NCBI GenBank assembly: GCA_026988445.1
Contig: JALSLF010000644.1
Span: 1-28,830, forward strand
Direction of reading: 5' to 3'
Source of the DNA: Bacteroidales bacterium
GTDB taxonomy: Bacteria; Bacteroidota; Bacteroidia; Bacteroidales; NBLH01
Length of the DNA stretch: 28,830 nucleotides
Shown here: piece after piece, positions 9,032-17,532 of the stretch
How positions within the stretch are numbered: the stretch's first letter is position 1
Layout of the letters: each line of letters begins with the position of its first letter
Translations under genes and position numbers: made by a program
Notes under the pieces: model-generated
The model's input: only the letters and a program-made list of their open reading frames with translations
Database searches by the model: none
Told to the model about the DNA's origin: nothing

Positions 9032-10642
9032 TTAGTTGAGTTGTTGTTTTGTTCCATCAATAAGTACACGGTAAAAATGATTATTTTGCCATAAAAGTGC
9101 TTCCAAATTAATATCAGGATGACTGAATTCAATATCTATACCATATAGTTGAGCATGATACATTGGCTGAATACGTGAAACATGCGTGTTGGCAAAAACG
9201 ATGGTTTTTACTTTGTAAAATTTTAAAATTTGGTTTAACTTTTCTTCTGTAAAATCAAATTTGCGTCCTGTTTTTTTGTAGTAATTATCCGGTAATTTAA
9301 CATAGCCGCGATACCACAAAGGACCTAATGCTCCCATTATAAATTCTTCATTTGCATTTTCTGTTTCATAATTATCACGGTTTAAAAATAATTTTACGGT
9401 ATTGTTTATGTTTTGTATGCTGATTTTTTTCTGAGCAAGCTCAGGTGAAATACCTCCGTGAACAAATAAAATATCGTTTATGATAATTATAGCATTTTTT
9501 GAACGCAACCATTTACCTAAAACCGTTTTTTTGCCGTAAAGTTTTGAGTAATCAAAATTCAGTCTGTTGCATAAATTAATATATTTCTTAGCCAAATATC
9601 TTTTATCACCGGATAATTGCATAATTTCATGATTGCCTAAAACTAAATGTACTTTTCCTCCGGCAAGGACAGCCTCTTGTTCCAATTTGTATATCAACCA
9701 GAAGCATTCGGTAACTTTATCGCCCCGGTCAAAAACATCACCGGCAAAAACCAAATGTCCGTTCCCCCATATCCAGTTTAAATCCTTATCGGTTATTTTA
9801 TTGTTTATTAAAAAAGTGCGTAGTTCGTCAAAGCCTCCGTGCAAATCGCCAATCGCCATTATTTTACCGGCATTTTTGTATTTATCATCGCTTTTTAGAT
9901 TAATTTTTTCAAGTTTAATTTTAAAAGGAAGGTTTTTATTTTCAATAATTAAACCGCCTTTACTCAATGTTTTTTTATCTGATATTAAATAAGTTTGATT
10001 TTTTATTGAATCGTAGTAAAAAAAATCAATCAGTGCATTATTTTTATTTTCCATAAAAACATAAGGACCGTCAAAATAATCAGGAAGAACCATTTTGGCA
10101 TATTTATCTTCTACTTTATTTTTTAAGAAATTATAAGCATCAATATTTTGCATTTTATAGGCATAATCAATTGCCGAATTATTTTTATTATCTTTTAATG
10201 TTATGTCAGCACCTCTGTCGTATAGCAATTTCATCATTTCCGGATTATTTTCTTTAGCCGCCAATATAAAAGCCGTTTCATGTTCATTATTGTGCCCGTT
10301 TATGTTTGCTCCTTTTTCCAATAAAGTATAAACCGATTGTTTTCGATTAAAAAGGGTGGCAATCATTAGGGGTGTTTCTTTATTGAAAACCATTTCGATA
10401 TTTGCTCCTGCATCAATTATAATTGATATTGCCTTGGTTTTATCAAGACTAACCGCATAATGCAGCAAAGGGATTTTTGAAATTCCGTATAATGAGTCGG
10501 GATTTTTTGTTTGTTTCAAAAATTTTTTAAGTATTGTATATTTGTCATATCGTATTGCATCAATTGCATCTTGTCCTGTGTATTGAGCATACAGTTTTGG
10601 GAAAATCAGTAAGGCATATAATAGTAAAATAATTTTTTGCAT
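9032..10642 (-). CDS. Exported ankyrin-repeat + calcineurin-like metallophosphoesterase (Shewanella-like/Shelph PPP phosphatase type)
   Basis: Signal peptide ending LYA-Q. About 4 ankyrin repeats (PLLHYAV...GANIE, TPLMIA...GANIN, TAFILAA...GADIT, SAIDYA). GDLHG, GDVFDRG, GNHE and VHGG motifs, and GPLWYRGY. Confidence 0.85.
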   Translation of the reverse strand: MQKIILLLYALLIFPKLYAQYTGQDAIDAIRYDKYTILKKFLKQTKNPDSLYGISKIPLLHYAVSLDKTKAISIIIDAGANIEMVFNKETPLMIATLFNRKQSVYTLLEKGANINGHNNEHETAFILAAKENNPEMMKLLYDRGADITLKDNKNNSAIDYAYKMQNIDAYNFLKNKVEDKYAKMVLPDYFDGPYVFMENKNNALIDFFYYDSIKNQTYLISDKKTLSKGGLIIENKNLPFKIKLEKINLKSDDKYKNAGKIMAIGDLHGGFDELRTFLINNKITDKDLNWIWGNGHLVFAGDVFDRGDKVTECFWLIYKLEQEAVLAGGKVHLVLGNHEIMQLSGDKRYLAKKYINLCNRLNFDYSKLYGKKTVLGKWLRSKNAIIIINDILFVHGGISPELAQKKISIQNINNTVKLFLNRDNYETENANEEFIMGALGPLWYRGYVKLPDNYYKKTGRKFDFTEEKLNQILKFYKVKTIVFANTHVSRIQPMYHAQLYGIDIEFSHPDINLEALLWQNNHFYRVLIDGTKQQLN

Positions 10643-10686
10643 AATTTTTACAGCTTAATAATTGTCAAAAGTCGGTAAAAATTCTT

Positions 10687-10694
10687 TACTTTTG
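10687..10694 (+). promoter_or_regulatory. Bacteroidota -7 box for the TPR gene
   Basis: TACTTTTG, with TTG at 10662-10664, 24 nt upstream of ATG 10719. Confidence 0.55.
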
Positions 10695-10718
10695 AAAGTT
10701 AAAATTATCTGATAAAAA

Positions 10719-12881
10719 ATGAATATACAAGAAATTGATAAAATATATACTGATCTAAGCAAAAGTTTAAGTACAAATAATTTGTCTGCTTTTTTTGAAC
10801 AAGCAGAAAAACTAATAAAAGATTATAAATTAAACTTTTTGCTCGAAACGCACAGCGAGCTTATCGAAGTGTATGCTAATATTTTAAAATATTCATTTTC
10901 GGAAGTGAAAGACCCAGATAGGGACAAAGTGTACCGAAAACTTTTACAAAAGTGCTATGAATTTGCCGATAAAATAAAAATTTTCCTGTTTGATACACAA
11001 AAACATTTTGCTACCGTAAATATTTTACAAGAAGTGAATTTTGAATTTCAGAATAAAGGAGCTGAAATTGAAAAAGAACTTTTTACCGATAATAATGAGT
11101 TTGCTTTATCTGCTTTTTTTAAAAAAATATGGCTTGAACCTAAGTTAAAAGAGGAGAGCATAGAATTATTAAATAAAGTTTTAAACCAAAGAGATGAACG
11201 TTTTAAAATACTAAAATCGGTGCTTGTGAGTGCCTTAACAGTAGGTAATTTACTGTTTTTTGATAAACGTAAAATTGAGTTTTTGATACGTTTTTTTCAA
11301 ACAGGCGAAGACATCGTACGACATAGAGCATTAACAGGAATAGTGTTAAGTGTATATACCTACGATAAACGTTTTGAAGTTTACGATGATTTGTATAATA
11401 AACTAAGCAGTTTACGGAAAGATGCTGATTTTGTCAAATTTCTTACTTTCGTGATTTTACAATTTATCCGAAGTAAAGAAACAGAAAAAATTTCGCAAAA
11501 ATTACAGGAAGAAATATTACCCGAAGTGGTAAAGTTCCGACCCAAAATTGAAGATAAACTAAAACTTGATGATATTTTAAGCGACAGTACATTTGAAGAT
11601 AAAAATCCCGATTGGGAAAACATATTTGAAGATGCTCCCGAGTTGTTGGGGAAATTAGAGCAGTTCTCTAAAATGCAAATCGAAGGCTCTGATGTGTTTA
11701 TGAGTGCATTTGCTTTATTAAAACATTTCGATTTTTTCAAAGAACCCGCACACTGGTTTTTGCCTTTTTACAAAGAAAACAAGGTAATTTGGGAAGCTTT
11801 TAAATTTGAAAAAGAAAGTTTTAATAAAGAAGTATTTATTGAAGGGCTGGAAAAATCGGCTTTTATGTGTAATTCGGACAAATATTCATTTATTCTGAAT
11901 ATCCGCTTTATGCCCGATATGCAAAAAAACATGATGCTCGAAATGTTTAATGCCGAACTTGAAGGCATGAATGAAATTCTAAAAGACGATGAAATCCTTA
12001 ATAAAGAAGTGGTTGATCGTTACCGGTTTACTCAGTATATTCAAGATTTATACCGCTTTTTTAAATTGCATCCTTATAAAAACGAATTTGTAGATATTTT
12101 TAATCAAGAACTGGACTTATATAATACAAATATTGTAAAAAGTGTTTGGTTTGATGCAGAACTGTATAAAAAAATTGGTGCATTGTATTTTGAAAAGGGC
12201 TACTTTAAGCATTCTATTCAAGTTTATAAATTATTGGATGATAAAGGTGTAAATGAACAAGAAATTGTTGAGAAAATTGCTTATTCATATCAAAAATCGG
12301 GAAACTATCGAAAAGCACTTAAATATTATGAAAAAGCAGAACTTTTTGATGCTCATGTTGAATGGACGACAAAAAAAATAGCGCTTTGCCATCGAGAGCT
12401 AGGGAATACCCAAAAAGCGATTGAGTATTATTTAAAAGCAGAACAGCAAGAACCCGAAAATTTATATGTGCAAGCTCATCTGGGGCATAGTTATTTAAGA
12501 CTAAAAGAATATGAAAAAGCTTTACAGCATTATTTTAAAGTAGAGTATTTTGCTCCGTCAAATACCGGTATTCTACGCCCTATTGCTTGGTGTTCATTTG
12601 TGCTTGGAAAATTTGAAAATGCAGAAAAATATTACACAAAATTGCATGAGAAAAATGAAGCAGATATGTTCGACTATTTGAATATGGGGCATGTAGCTTG
12701 GTGTACCAACGAAGAAAAAAAGGCTATTGAATTTTACAAAACTGCTTTTGAAAAATCAGGAAAAGACAAACAAAAATTCAGATTGGCTTTTTACGAAGAC
12801 GCACCGTATTTAATAAAACATGGTGTTCCTGAACATGAAATTGCCTTGATGCTGGATTATTTATTAATGAACATTGAATAG
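10719..12881 (+). CDS. Tetratricopeptide-repeat protein
   Basis: C-terminal third is tandem TPR-like helices (KIAYSYQKSGNYRKALKYY, KIALCHRELGNTQKAIEYY, HLGHSYLRLKEYEKALQHY, NMGHVAWCTNEEKKAIEFY). Confidence 0.85.
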   Translation: MNIQEIDKIYTDLSKSLSTNNLSAFFEQAEKLIKDYKLNFLLETHSELIEVYANILKYSFSEVKDPDRDKVYRKLLQKCYEFADKIKIFLFDTQKHFATVNILQEVNFEFQNKGAEIEKELFTDNNEFALSAFFKKIWLEPKLKEESIELLNKVLNQRDERFKILKSVLVSALTVGNLLFFDKRKIEFLIRFFQTGEDIVRHRALTGIVLSVYTYDKRFEVYDDLYNKLSSLRKDADFVKFLTFVILQFIRSKETEKISQKLQEEILPEVVKFRPKIEDKLKLDDILSDSTFEDKNPDWENIFEDAPELLGKLEQFSKMQIEGSDVFMSAFALLKHFDFFKEPAHWFLPFYKENKVIWEAFKFEKESFNKEVFIEGLEKSAFMCNSDKYSFILNIRFMPDMQKNMMLEMFNAELEGMNEILKDDEILNKEVVDRYRFTQYIQDLYRFFKLHPYKNEFVDIFNQELDLYNTNIVKSVWFDAELYKKIGALYFEKGYFKHSIQVYKLLDDKGVNEQEIVEKIAYSYQKSGNYRKALKYYEKAELFDAHVEWTTKKIALCHRELGNTQKAIEYYLKAEQQEPENLYVQAHLGHSYLRLKEYEKALQHYFKVEYFAPSNTGILRPIAWCSFVLGKFENAEKYYTKLHEKNEADMFDYLNMGHVAWCTNEEKKAIEFYKTAFEKSGKDKQKFRLAFYEDAPYLIKHGVPEHEIALMLDYLLMNIE

Positions 12882-12888
12882 TTTAATG

Positions 12889-12944
12889 CCTTAAATCCGC
12901 AGCTATGTTTGGCTTTGCAGTAGAAGAAAGTTGCGGATTTAAGG
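12889..12944. repeat. 56-bp inverted-repeat element just after the TPR stop (possible terminator or miniature element)
   Basis: CCTTAAATCCGCAGC...GTTGCGGATTTAAGG arms; a related copy is at 17302-17365. Confidence 0.7.
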
Positions 12945-13012
12945 TAATAGATAAATGTTGAATTTTCTTTACATTATTCTGCTTATCTTTTCATATATTC
13001 CGAAAAAAATAT

Positions 13013-13020
13013 TAATTTTG
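13013..13020 (+). promoter_or_regulatory. Bacteroidota -7 box for the DUF2378-like gene
   Basis: TAATTTTG, 26 nt upstream of ATG 13047. Confidence 0.5.
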
Positions 13021-13046
13021 ATAAATAATACTGTAAACTATTATTG

Positions 13047-13604
13047 ATGGAAGTAAAAGGTACTGCTGTAAAACCAATTCCTAAATTTGTTAAGGAAAGA
13101 TTTCCTGAGCAGTATAATGCTTGGCTAAAAAGATTACCTGAAGAATCTAGAAAGATTATGGGAGGTTTTATACGCCTTACCAAATGGTATCCTTTAAAGC
13201 AGGCACTAACAATCCCTACCCGCCTCATTGGTGAAATGTTTTATGATGAAGTTGAGCAAGGAGCATTTGAGCTGGGTGTTTATAGTTCGCAGATGGCTTT
13301 AAAAGGGGTGTATAAAGTGCTGGCAAGCGTAAGTTCACCTACATTTATTGTGGGCAGAGCAACGGGTTTAATGGAAAGCTATTATCGTCCTGCCATAATG
13401 TCTGTTACCGAGAAGTCTGATAAGCATGCAGTTTTAACAATAATTGATTTTCAGGAACCTGATGTAGTTATCGATTACCGTATTTACGGATAGATAAAAA
13501 ATACGATGGAAGCTTCCCGTTTTTACCTGCCGGAAGTATCTATTCGCAAATCTATGGGAAAAGGCGATATGGTTACCGAGTATCTGGTTACATGGGTAGA
13601 TTAA
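13047..13604 (+). pseudogene. DUF2378/V4R-like protein interrupted by an in-frame TAG (13491-13493)
   Basis: After ...YRIYG-TAG the same frame continues for 36 sense codons (IKNTMEASRFYLPEVSIRKSMGKGDMVTEYLVTWVD) to TAA 13602-13604. That tail resembles the V4R-like ...KGD..TE....W end of this family. Confidence 0.65.
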
Positions 13605-13629
13605 TCTAAGCTTAAACTGAAAACTAAGC

Positions 13630-13666
13630 AAACAGCCCATGTGCTTATTTTCTACAAGGGCTGTTT
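13630..13666. terminator. Probable bidirectional intrinsic terminator between convergent genes
   Basis: AAACAGCCC (13630-13638) ... GGGCTGTTT (13658-13666) stem between two stops. Confidence 0.7.
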
Positions 13667-13689
13667 TGTTTGAGATAATTTATTGCTTC

Positions 13690-14811
13690 TTATTTAAAAA
13701 TAAAATTCTTCTTTAAAGCTTGTTCTCTAACGGCATCAATCATAACATCATCTAATGCTTTTGAATTGTCCGTTGCCATTTCTTTTCTTTTTTCCTTAAT
13801 AAATTTAGCTCTTTTGGCATTTAATATTTGAATTTGTTCTTGAATGCTTGCCCGTTCTTTTAATTTTTTATCCAAAAATAATTTAATTTCTGCTTTTGAT
13901 TTCCCTTTCAATTCTTTGGGTAACTGGTCGTCTGTTAGCTTATCAACTATTTTAGGATTATCTTTATAAGCATCTACCAAATCCCAATTTGAATTTGAAT
14001 ACATTTTTGAACTTTTTGATACCGCTCTGTTTAAATAGGCTTGTTGTCCCATTGATTTAGCGTTGTTATCCTGAATTTCTTGCCGTGCTTTCATTTTTTT
14101 ACCTGAAATACCATAAGCAATGTATGTGTCGTTTAATTGTTTATTAAGTTGAGTAAGTGCTTTATCATAAGGACTTGCTATATATACTTCTTTTTTGTCT
14201 GAGTCAATATTCATGTATTTGCCATTACCCAAAATTGCACCGTCTTTCCAAAAAGTGCGTATTCCTTCATTGTAGTTTCCACAGAAAATGGTGTTTACTG
14301 TAACATCTTTATTAACAGCTTTTTGGCAACTTTTCCGGTAGTCAACTTCTCCTTGATTAAAGGGTTCGTTGCCGGCAATAAAAATCATTTTAAGGTCGGT
14401 ATCCGATTCACTCCAATCCAATTGTTTCAATGAAACATCAATTACTTGTCCGCAAAATTCACTACCGCCATTAGTTTTTAATGCAAAAAGTTTTTCAGAT
14501 ATTTTATCCAGATCGGTAGTAAAAGTGGTTACTTGACGAATATAACCTTCGCGCATTGAAAGTCCGTCATTTCCGTATTCATAAAGAGCTATTTCCAATG
14601 TCGGGGTTTCCTTATTAACTTCAGATTTTGCCATTTCGTTAACAATTTTCCATAATTGCGATTTAGCCTGATTAATTAATCCATCCATACTATTACTGGT
14701 ATCTAAAAGTAAAGCAATCTGGATTTTTGCTTTCTGCTTTTTTACCGTAAAAGATTGAGTAATCGGTGCAACTATTAACAATAGTGCCAATAATGATATT
14801 TTAAATTTCAT
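13690..14811 (-). CDS. Secreted von Willebrand factor A domain protein
   Basis: MIDAS motif LLLDTSNSM, then TNGGSEFCG and IFIAGNEPF. The signal peptide starts at ATG 14811 (MKFKISLLALLLIV). Confidence 0.85.
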   Translation of the reverse strand: MKFKISLLALLLIVAPITQSFTVKKQKAKIQIALLLDTSNSMDGLINQAKSQLWKIVNEMAKSEVNKETPTLEIALYEYGNDGLSMREGYIRQVTTFTTDLDKISEKLFALKTNGGSEFCGQVIDVSLKQLDWSESDTDLKMIFIAGNEPFNQGEVDYRKSCQKAVNKDVTVNTIFCGNYNEGIRTFWKDGAILGNGKYMNIDSDKKEVYIASPYDKALTQLNKQLNDTYIAYGISGKKMKARQEIQDNNAKSMGQQAYLNRAVSKSSKMYSNSNWDLVDAYKDNPKIVDKLTDDQLPKELKGKSKAEIKLFLDKKLKERASIQEQIQILNAKRAKFIKEKRKEMATDNSKALDDVMIDAVREQALKKNFIFK

Positions 14812-14932
14812 GACTTTGATTTTTAATGAAACATTCTTTATAATTAACTGTAAAAACAACTAAAAAATTGTTGTTTGTAATTTAATGATGAATTAGTTTT
14901 TAAAATTCCATAAAGAGAAGTAAAAAAAAACG

Positions 14933-14940
14933 TAAATTTG
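14933..14940 (+). promoter_or_regulatory. Bacteroidota -7 box for amrS
   Basis: TAAATTTG, 23 nt upstream of ATG 14964. Confidence 0.6.
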
Positions 14941-14963
14941 TTTAACAACTTAATTTATGAGCT

Positions 14964-16073
14964 ATGAACAAAAGAGAGTTTCTGAAAAAAATAAGTATCG
15001 GGACCATCGGGCTTAGTACATTAAATGAAACTATTTTTGCTTTTGTAGATAATTTTTTACCTAAGCCCGTACGCGAAGCCATGCATTATATTCATTCGGC
15101 ACGCGGAATCCGTTGTCAAATTTGTCCTAATGAATGTGATATAAAGCCCGGTGAAACTGGTGATTGCAGGACGCGTGTAATAAAAAATGATAAACTTTAT
15201 ACCTCTGCATACGCAAATCCATGTGCTATCCATGTCGATCCTATTGAGAAAAAACCCTTAAATCATTTTTTGCCGCAAAGCAAAGCTTTTTCAATAGCCA
15301 CTGCCGGTTGTAACCTTGCCTGCCTGAACTGTCAAAATTGGACTATTTCACAAAAAGCTCCTGATGAAACAAAAAACTATAATTTACCACCGGAAGAAGT
15401 AGTTAAACAAGCACAAAAATATCAGTGTGCTTCTATAGCTTACACCTATTCCGAGCCAATTGTTTATTATGAATATACGCTGGATACTGCAAAAATTGCA
15501 CGTTCGCAAGGAATTAAAAATGTTTTTGTGTCGGCAGGTTATATCAATGAAAAACCATTACGCGAAATAAGTAAATATTTAGATGCTGCCAATATTGATT
15601 TAAAATCTTTTTCGGATGATATATATGCGCGTTTGAATGCAGGTAAACTGGAACCTATTTTACGTACACTAAAAATATTAAAAGATGAAGGGGTATGGCT
15701 GGAAATTACCAATTTAATCATTCCTACTTGGACAGACGATTTTAAAATGATTGAAAAAATGTGTAATTGGTTAAAAACAAATGGTTTTGAACAAACACCG
15801 CTGCATTTCAGTCGCTTTCATCCCATGTATAAACTTACAAAATTGCCGGCTACTCCGGTTGCTACACTTGTTAAAGCTCGTGAAATTGCTTTAAATGCCG
15901 GTTTAAACTATGTTTATATAGGTAATGTGCCGGGCAGTAAGGCACAAAATACATATTGTCCTTCCTGTAAACATTTAGTAATTGAGCGAAAAGGATACCA
16001 TATTTTGCAAAACAATTTGAAAAACGGGAAATGTGTTAATTGTGGAACCAAAATTGCCGGAGTTTGGGAGTAA
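14964..16073 (+). CDS. amrS: AmmeMemoRadiSam system radical SAM enzyme
   Basis: CQICPNEC...GDCRTR, DPIEKKPLNHF, CNLACLNCQNWTISQ (CxxxCxxC), AYTYSEP, ANIDLKSF, PLHFSRFHP, YVYIGNV, TYCPSC and CVNCG motifs. Carries a Tat-like N-terminus. Confidence 0.9.
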   Translation: MNKREFLKKISIGTIGLSTLNETIFAFVDNFLPKPVREAMHYIHSARGIRCQICPNECDIKPGETGDCRTRVIKNDKLYTSAYANPCAIHVDPIEKKPLNHFLPQSKAFSIATAGCNLACLNCQNWTISQKAPDETKNYNLPPEEVVKQAQKYQCASIAYTYSEPIVYYEYTLDTAKIARSQGIKNVFVSAGYINEKPLREISKYLDAANIDLKSFSDDIYARLNAGKLEPILRTLKILKDEGVWLEITNLIIPTWTDDFKMIEKMCNWLKTNGFEQTPLHFSRFHPMYKLTKLPATPVATLVKAREIALNAGLNYVYIGNVPGSKAQNTYCPSCKHLVIERKGYHILQNNLKNGKCVNCGTKIAGVWE

Positions 16074-16190
16074 TGGAGTACATCCAAATGCAATATTTTT
16101 ATTATCTTCACGATTTATTAAAAAAATAGCTCTACTAGCTTTTAGTGAGTGCTTTGTTGTTTTATTTAGCTTAAAATTAAATATTTCCAC

Positions 16191-16198
16191 TAAATTTG
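16191..16198 (+). promoter_or_regulatory. Bacteroidota -7 box upstream of the yitT leader
   Basis: TAAATTTGCA, about 150 nt upstream of the yitT ATG. Confidence 0.55.
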
Positions 16199-16351
16199 CA
16201 GTACAAAAAAAAATAAACTATATGAAACATCCATCCGCGAGTTGGCGAACACTGGTATATGATTATTTAAGTTGATGAAATTAGCATAAAACTTTATATT
16301 CGCGGATGTTCAGGCTATGAGGCCATTTAAAATAATTAAAAAAATAAACTC

Positions 16352-17299
16352 ATGAAACCGATTTTCAGATACATATTAATTGAGATTTTTAAACTTGATA
16401 AAAAGAAAGGGGAACTTCCCGATAAGCAGTTTGAAAGTGAAGTGAAAAAAGCAGGAATTGAATTTAGTCACCTGTTTCATGATTTCTTTTTTATTATTGT
16501 AGGTGTAATATCAGCAACAATTGGTTTAAAAGGCTTTTTATTGCCCAATATGTTTATTGATGGTGGAGTAATGGGTATTTCATTAATAATTGCCGAAATT
16601 ACCGTACTGCCACTGTCTGTTTTAATTTTTATTGTAAACTTACCGTTTTTGATAATGGGTATTTCAACCATTAGTCGGCAATTTGCGATTAAAAGTATTG
16701 TTGCTATTACAATGCTAGCCGTGTCTGTTCATTTTTTTACATTTCCGGCTATTACAAACGACAAATTACTCATTGCTGTTTTTGGAGGCTTTTTTCTGGG
16801 TTTAGGTATTGGTTTGGCTATTCGTGGTGGAGCAGTAATTGATGGTACTGAGGTTCTGGCAGTTTTTGTCAGTCGTAAAACCTCATTAACAATTGGTGAT
16901 GTTATTCTTGTATTTAATATTATGATTTTTAGCGTTGCTGCTTATGTTTTTACTATTGAAATTGCACTTTATGCAATGCTTACCTATTTGTCTGCTTCAA
17001 AAACCGTTGATTTTGTGGTTTCCGGTATCGAAGAGTATGTTGGAGTAACCATCATATCTTATAAAAATGATGAAATCAGGCTAGCAATTCTTGAAAAACT
17101 GGGTAGAGGCTGTACGGTATATTCCGGTAAAAGAGGTCAAACATTGGAGAAAGTGGATATTCTTTATACGCTTTTAACACGCCTTGAATTAGCAAAATTA
17201 AATACAGAGATTGATAAAATAGATAAAGAAGCATTTGTTATAATGCATAGCATTAAGGATGCAAAAGGGGGTATGATTAAAAAGCGCCCTTTAGAATAA
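16352..17299 (+). CDS. YitT family membrane protein (DUF161/DUF2179)
   Basis: FLLPNMFIDGGVMGIS, FIVNLPF, GGAVIDGTEVLA, SASKTVDFV, LGRGCT and IDKEAFV motifs. Confidence 0.9.
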   Translation: MKPIFRYILIEIFKLDKKKGELPDKQFESEVKKAGIEFSHLFHDFFFIIVGVISATIGLKGFLLPNMFIDGGVMGISLIIAEITVLPLSVLIFIVNLPFLIMGISTISRQFAIKSIVAITMLAVSVHFFTFPAITNDKLLIAVFGGFFLGLGIGLAIRGGAVIDGTEVLAVFVSRKTSLTIGDVILVFNIMIFSVAAYVFTIEIALYAMLTYLSASKTVDFVVSGIEEYVGVTIISYKNDEIRLAILEKLGRGCTVYSGKRGQTLEKVDILYTLLTRLELAKLNTEIDKIDKEAFVIMHSIKDAKGGMIKKRPLE

Positions 17300-17301
17300 T
17301 A

Positions 17302-17365
17302 CCTTAAATCCGCCGATAGTCAGAGATGGTTCTGGATATGCCGTAGAATATAGTTGTATATTTAA
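17302..17365. repeat. Degenerate copy of the 12889-type element after the yitT stop
   Basis: CCTTAAATCCGC-[CGATAGTCAGAG]-ATGGTTCTGGATATGCCGTAGAATATAGTTGTATATTTAA aligns with 12889-12944 and abuts MITE copy 2. Confidence 0.6.
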
Positions 17366-17526
17366 CCTAAATTGAGCGATTATCGATTTCAATAAGCACT
17401 AATCTGTTGAGTTAAAAAGATTTACAAAAAAAAGACTCAAATACCAACCGGTATTCTTACTTTTTTCTAAACTTTTTATTCTCAATGTCTTGGCACTTCT
17501 TTTTGTATATAATCGCTCAATTTAGG
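17366..17526. mobile_element. MITE copy 2 (161 bp)
   Basis: Perfect 18-bp TIRs CCTAAATTGAGCGATTAT / ATAATCGCTCAATTTAGG, flanked by TTTAA (17361-17365, 17527-17531). Confidence 0.9.
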
Positions 17527-17532
17527 TTTAAT

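Noticed and set aside
9031-9132. Longer start (9132) for the kinase-like ORF
   Set aside because: It overlaps the upstream gene by about 100 nt; ATG 9030 gives a clean signal peptide and 1-nt coupling.
9032-10642. Phosphatase as the missing Wzb for Wzc
   Set aside because: It has an export signal, whereas the Wzc kinase domain and Tyr tail are cytoplasmic, so direct action is topologically unlikely unless the signal call is wrong.
13491-13493. Genome-wide TAG reassignment (recoding or pyrrolysine)
   Set aside because: TAG terminates three apparently complete genes in this window (Zn-ribbon ORF, wzc, TPR), and reading through them gives overlaps or repeat sequence. No pyl genes are visible.
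14812-14859. Longer start (14859) for the vWA ORF
   Set aside because: ATG 14811 begins a canonical signal peptide; the extension is AT-rich leader sequence.
16063-16082. GGAGT repeated three times at the amrS stop
   Set aside because: Too short and irregular to distinguish from chance.
16033-16275. 80-aa + ORF and the overlapping minus-strand ORFs around the amrS end
   Set aside because: They overlap amrS, use weak starts and have no recognisable motifs; only the 17-codon tail is kept as a possible uORF.
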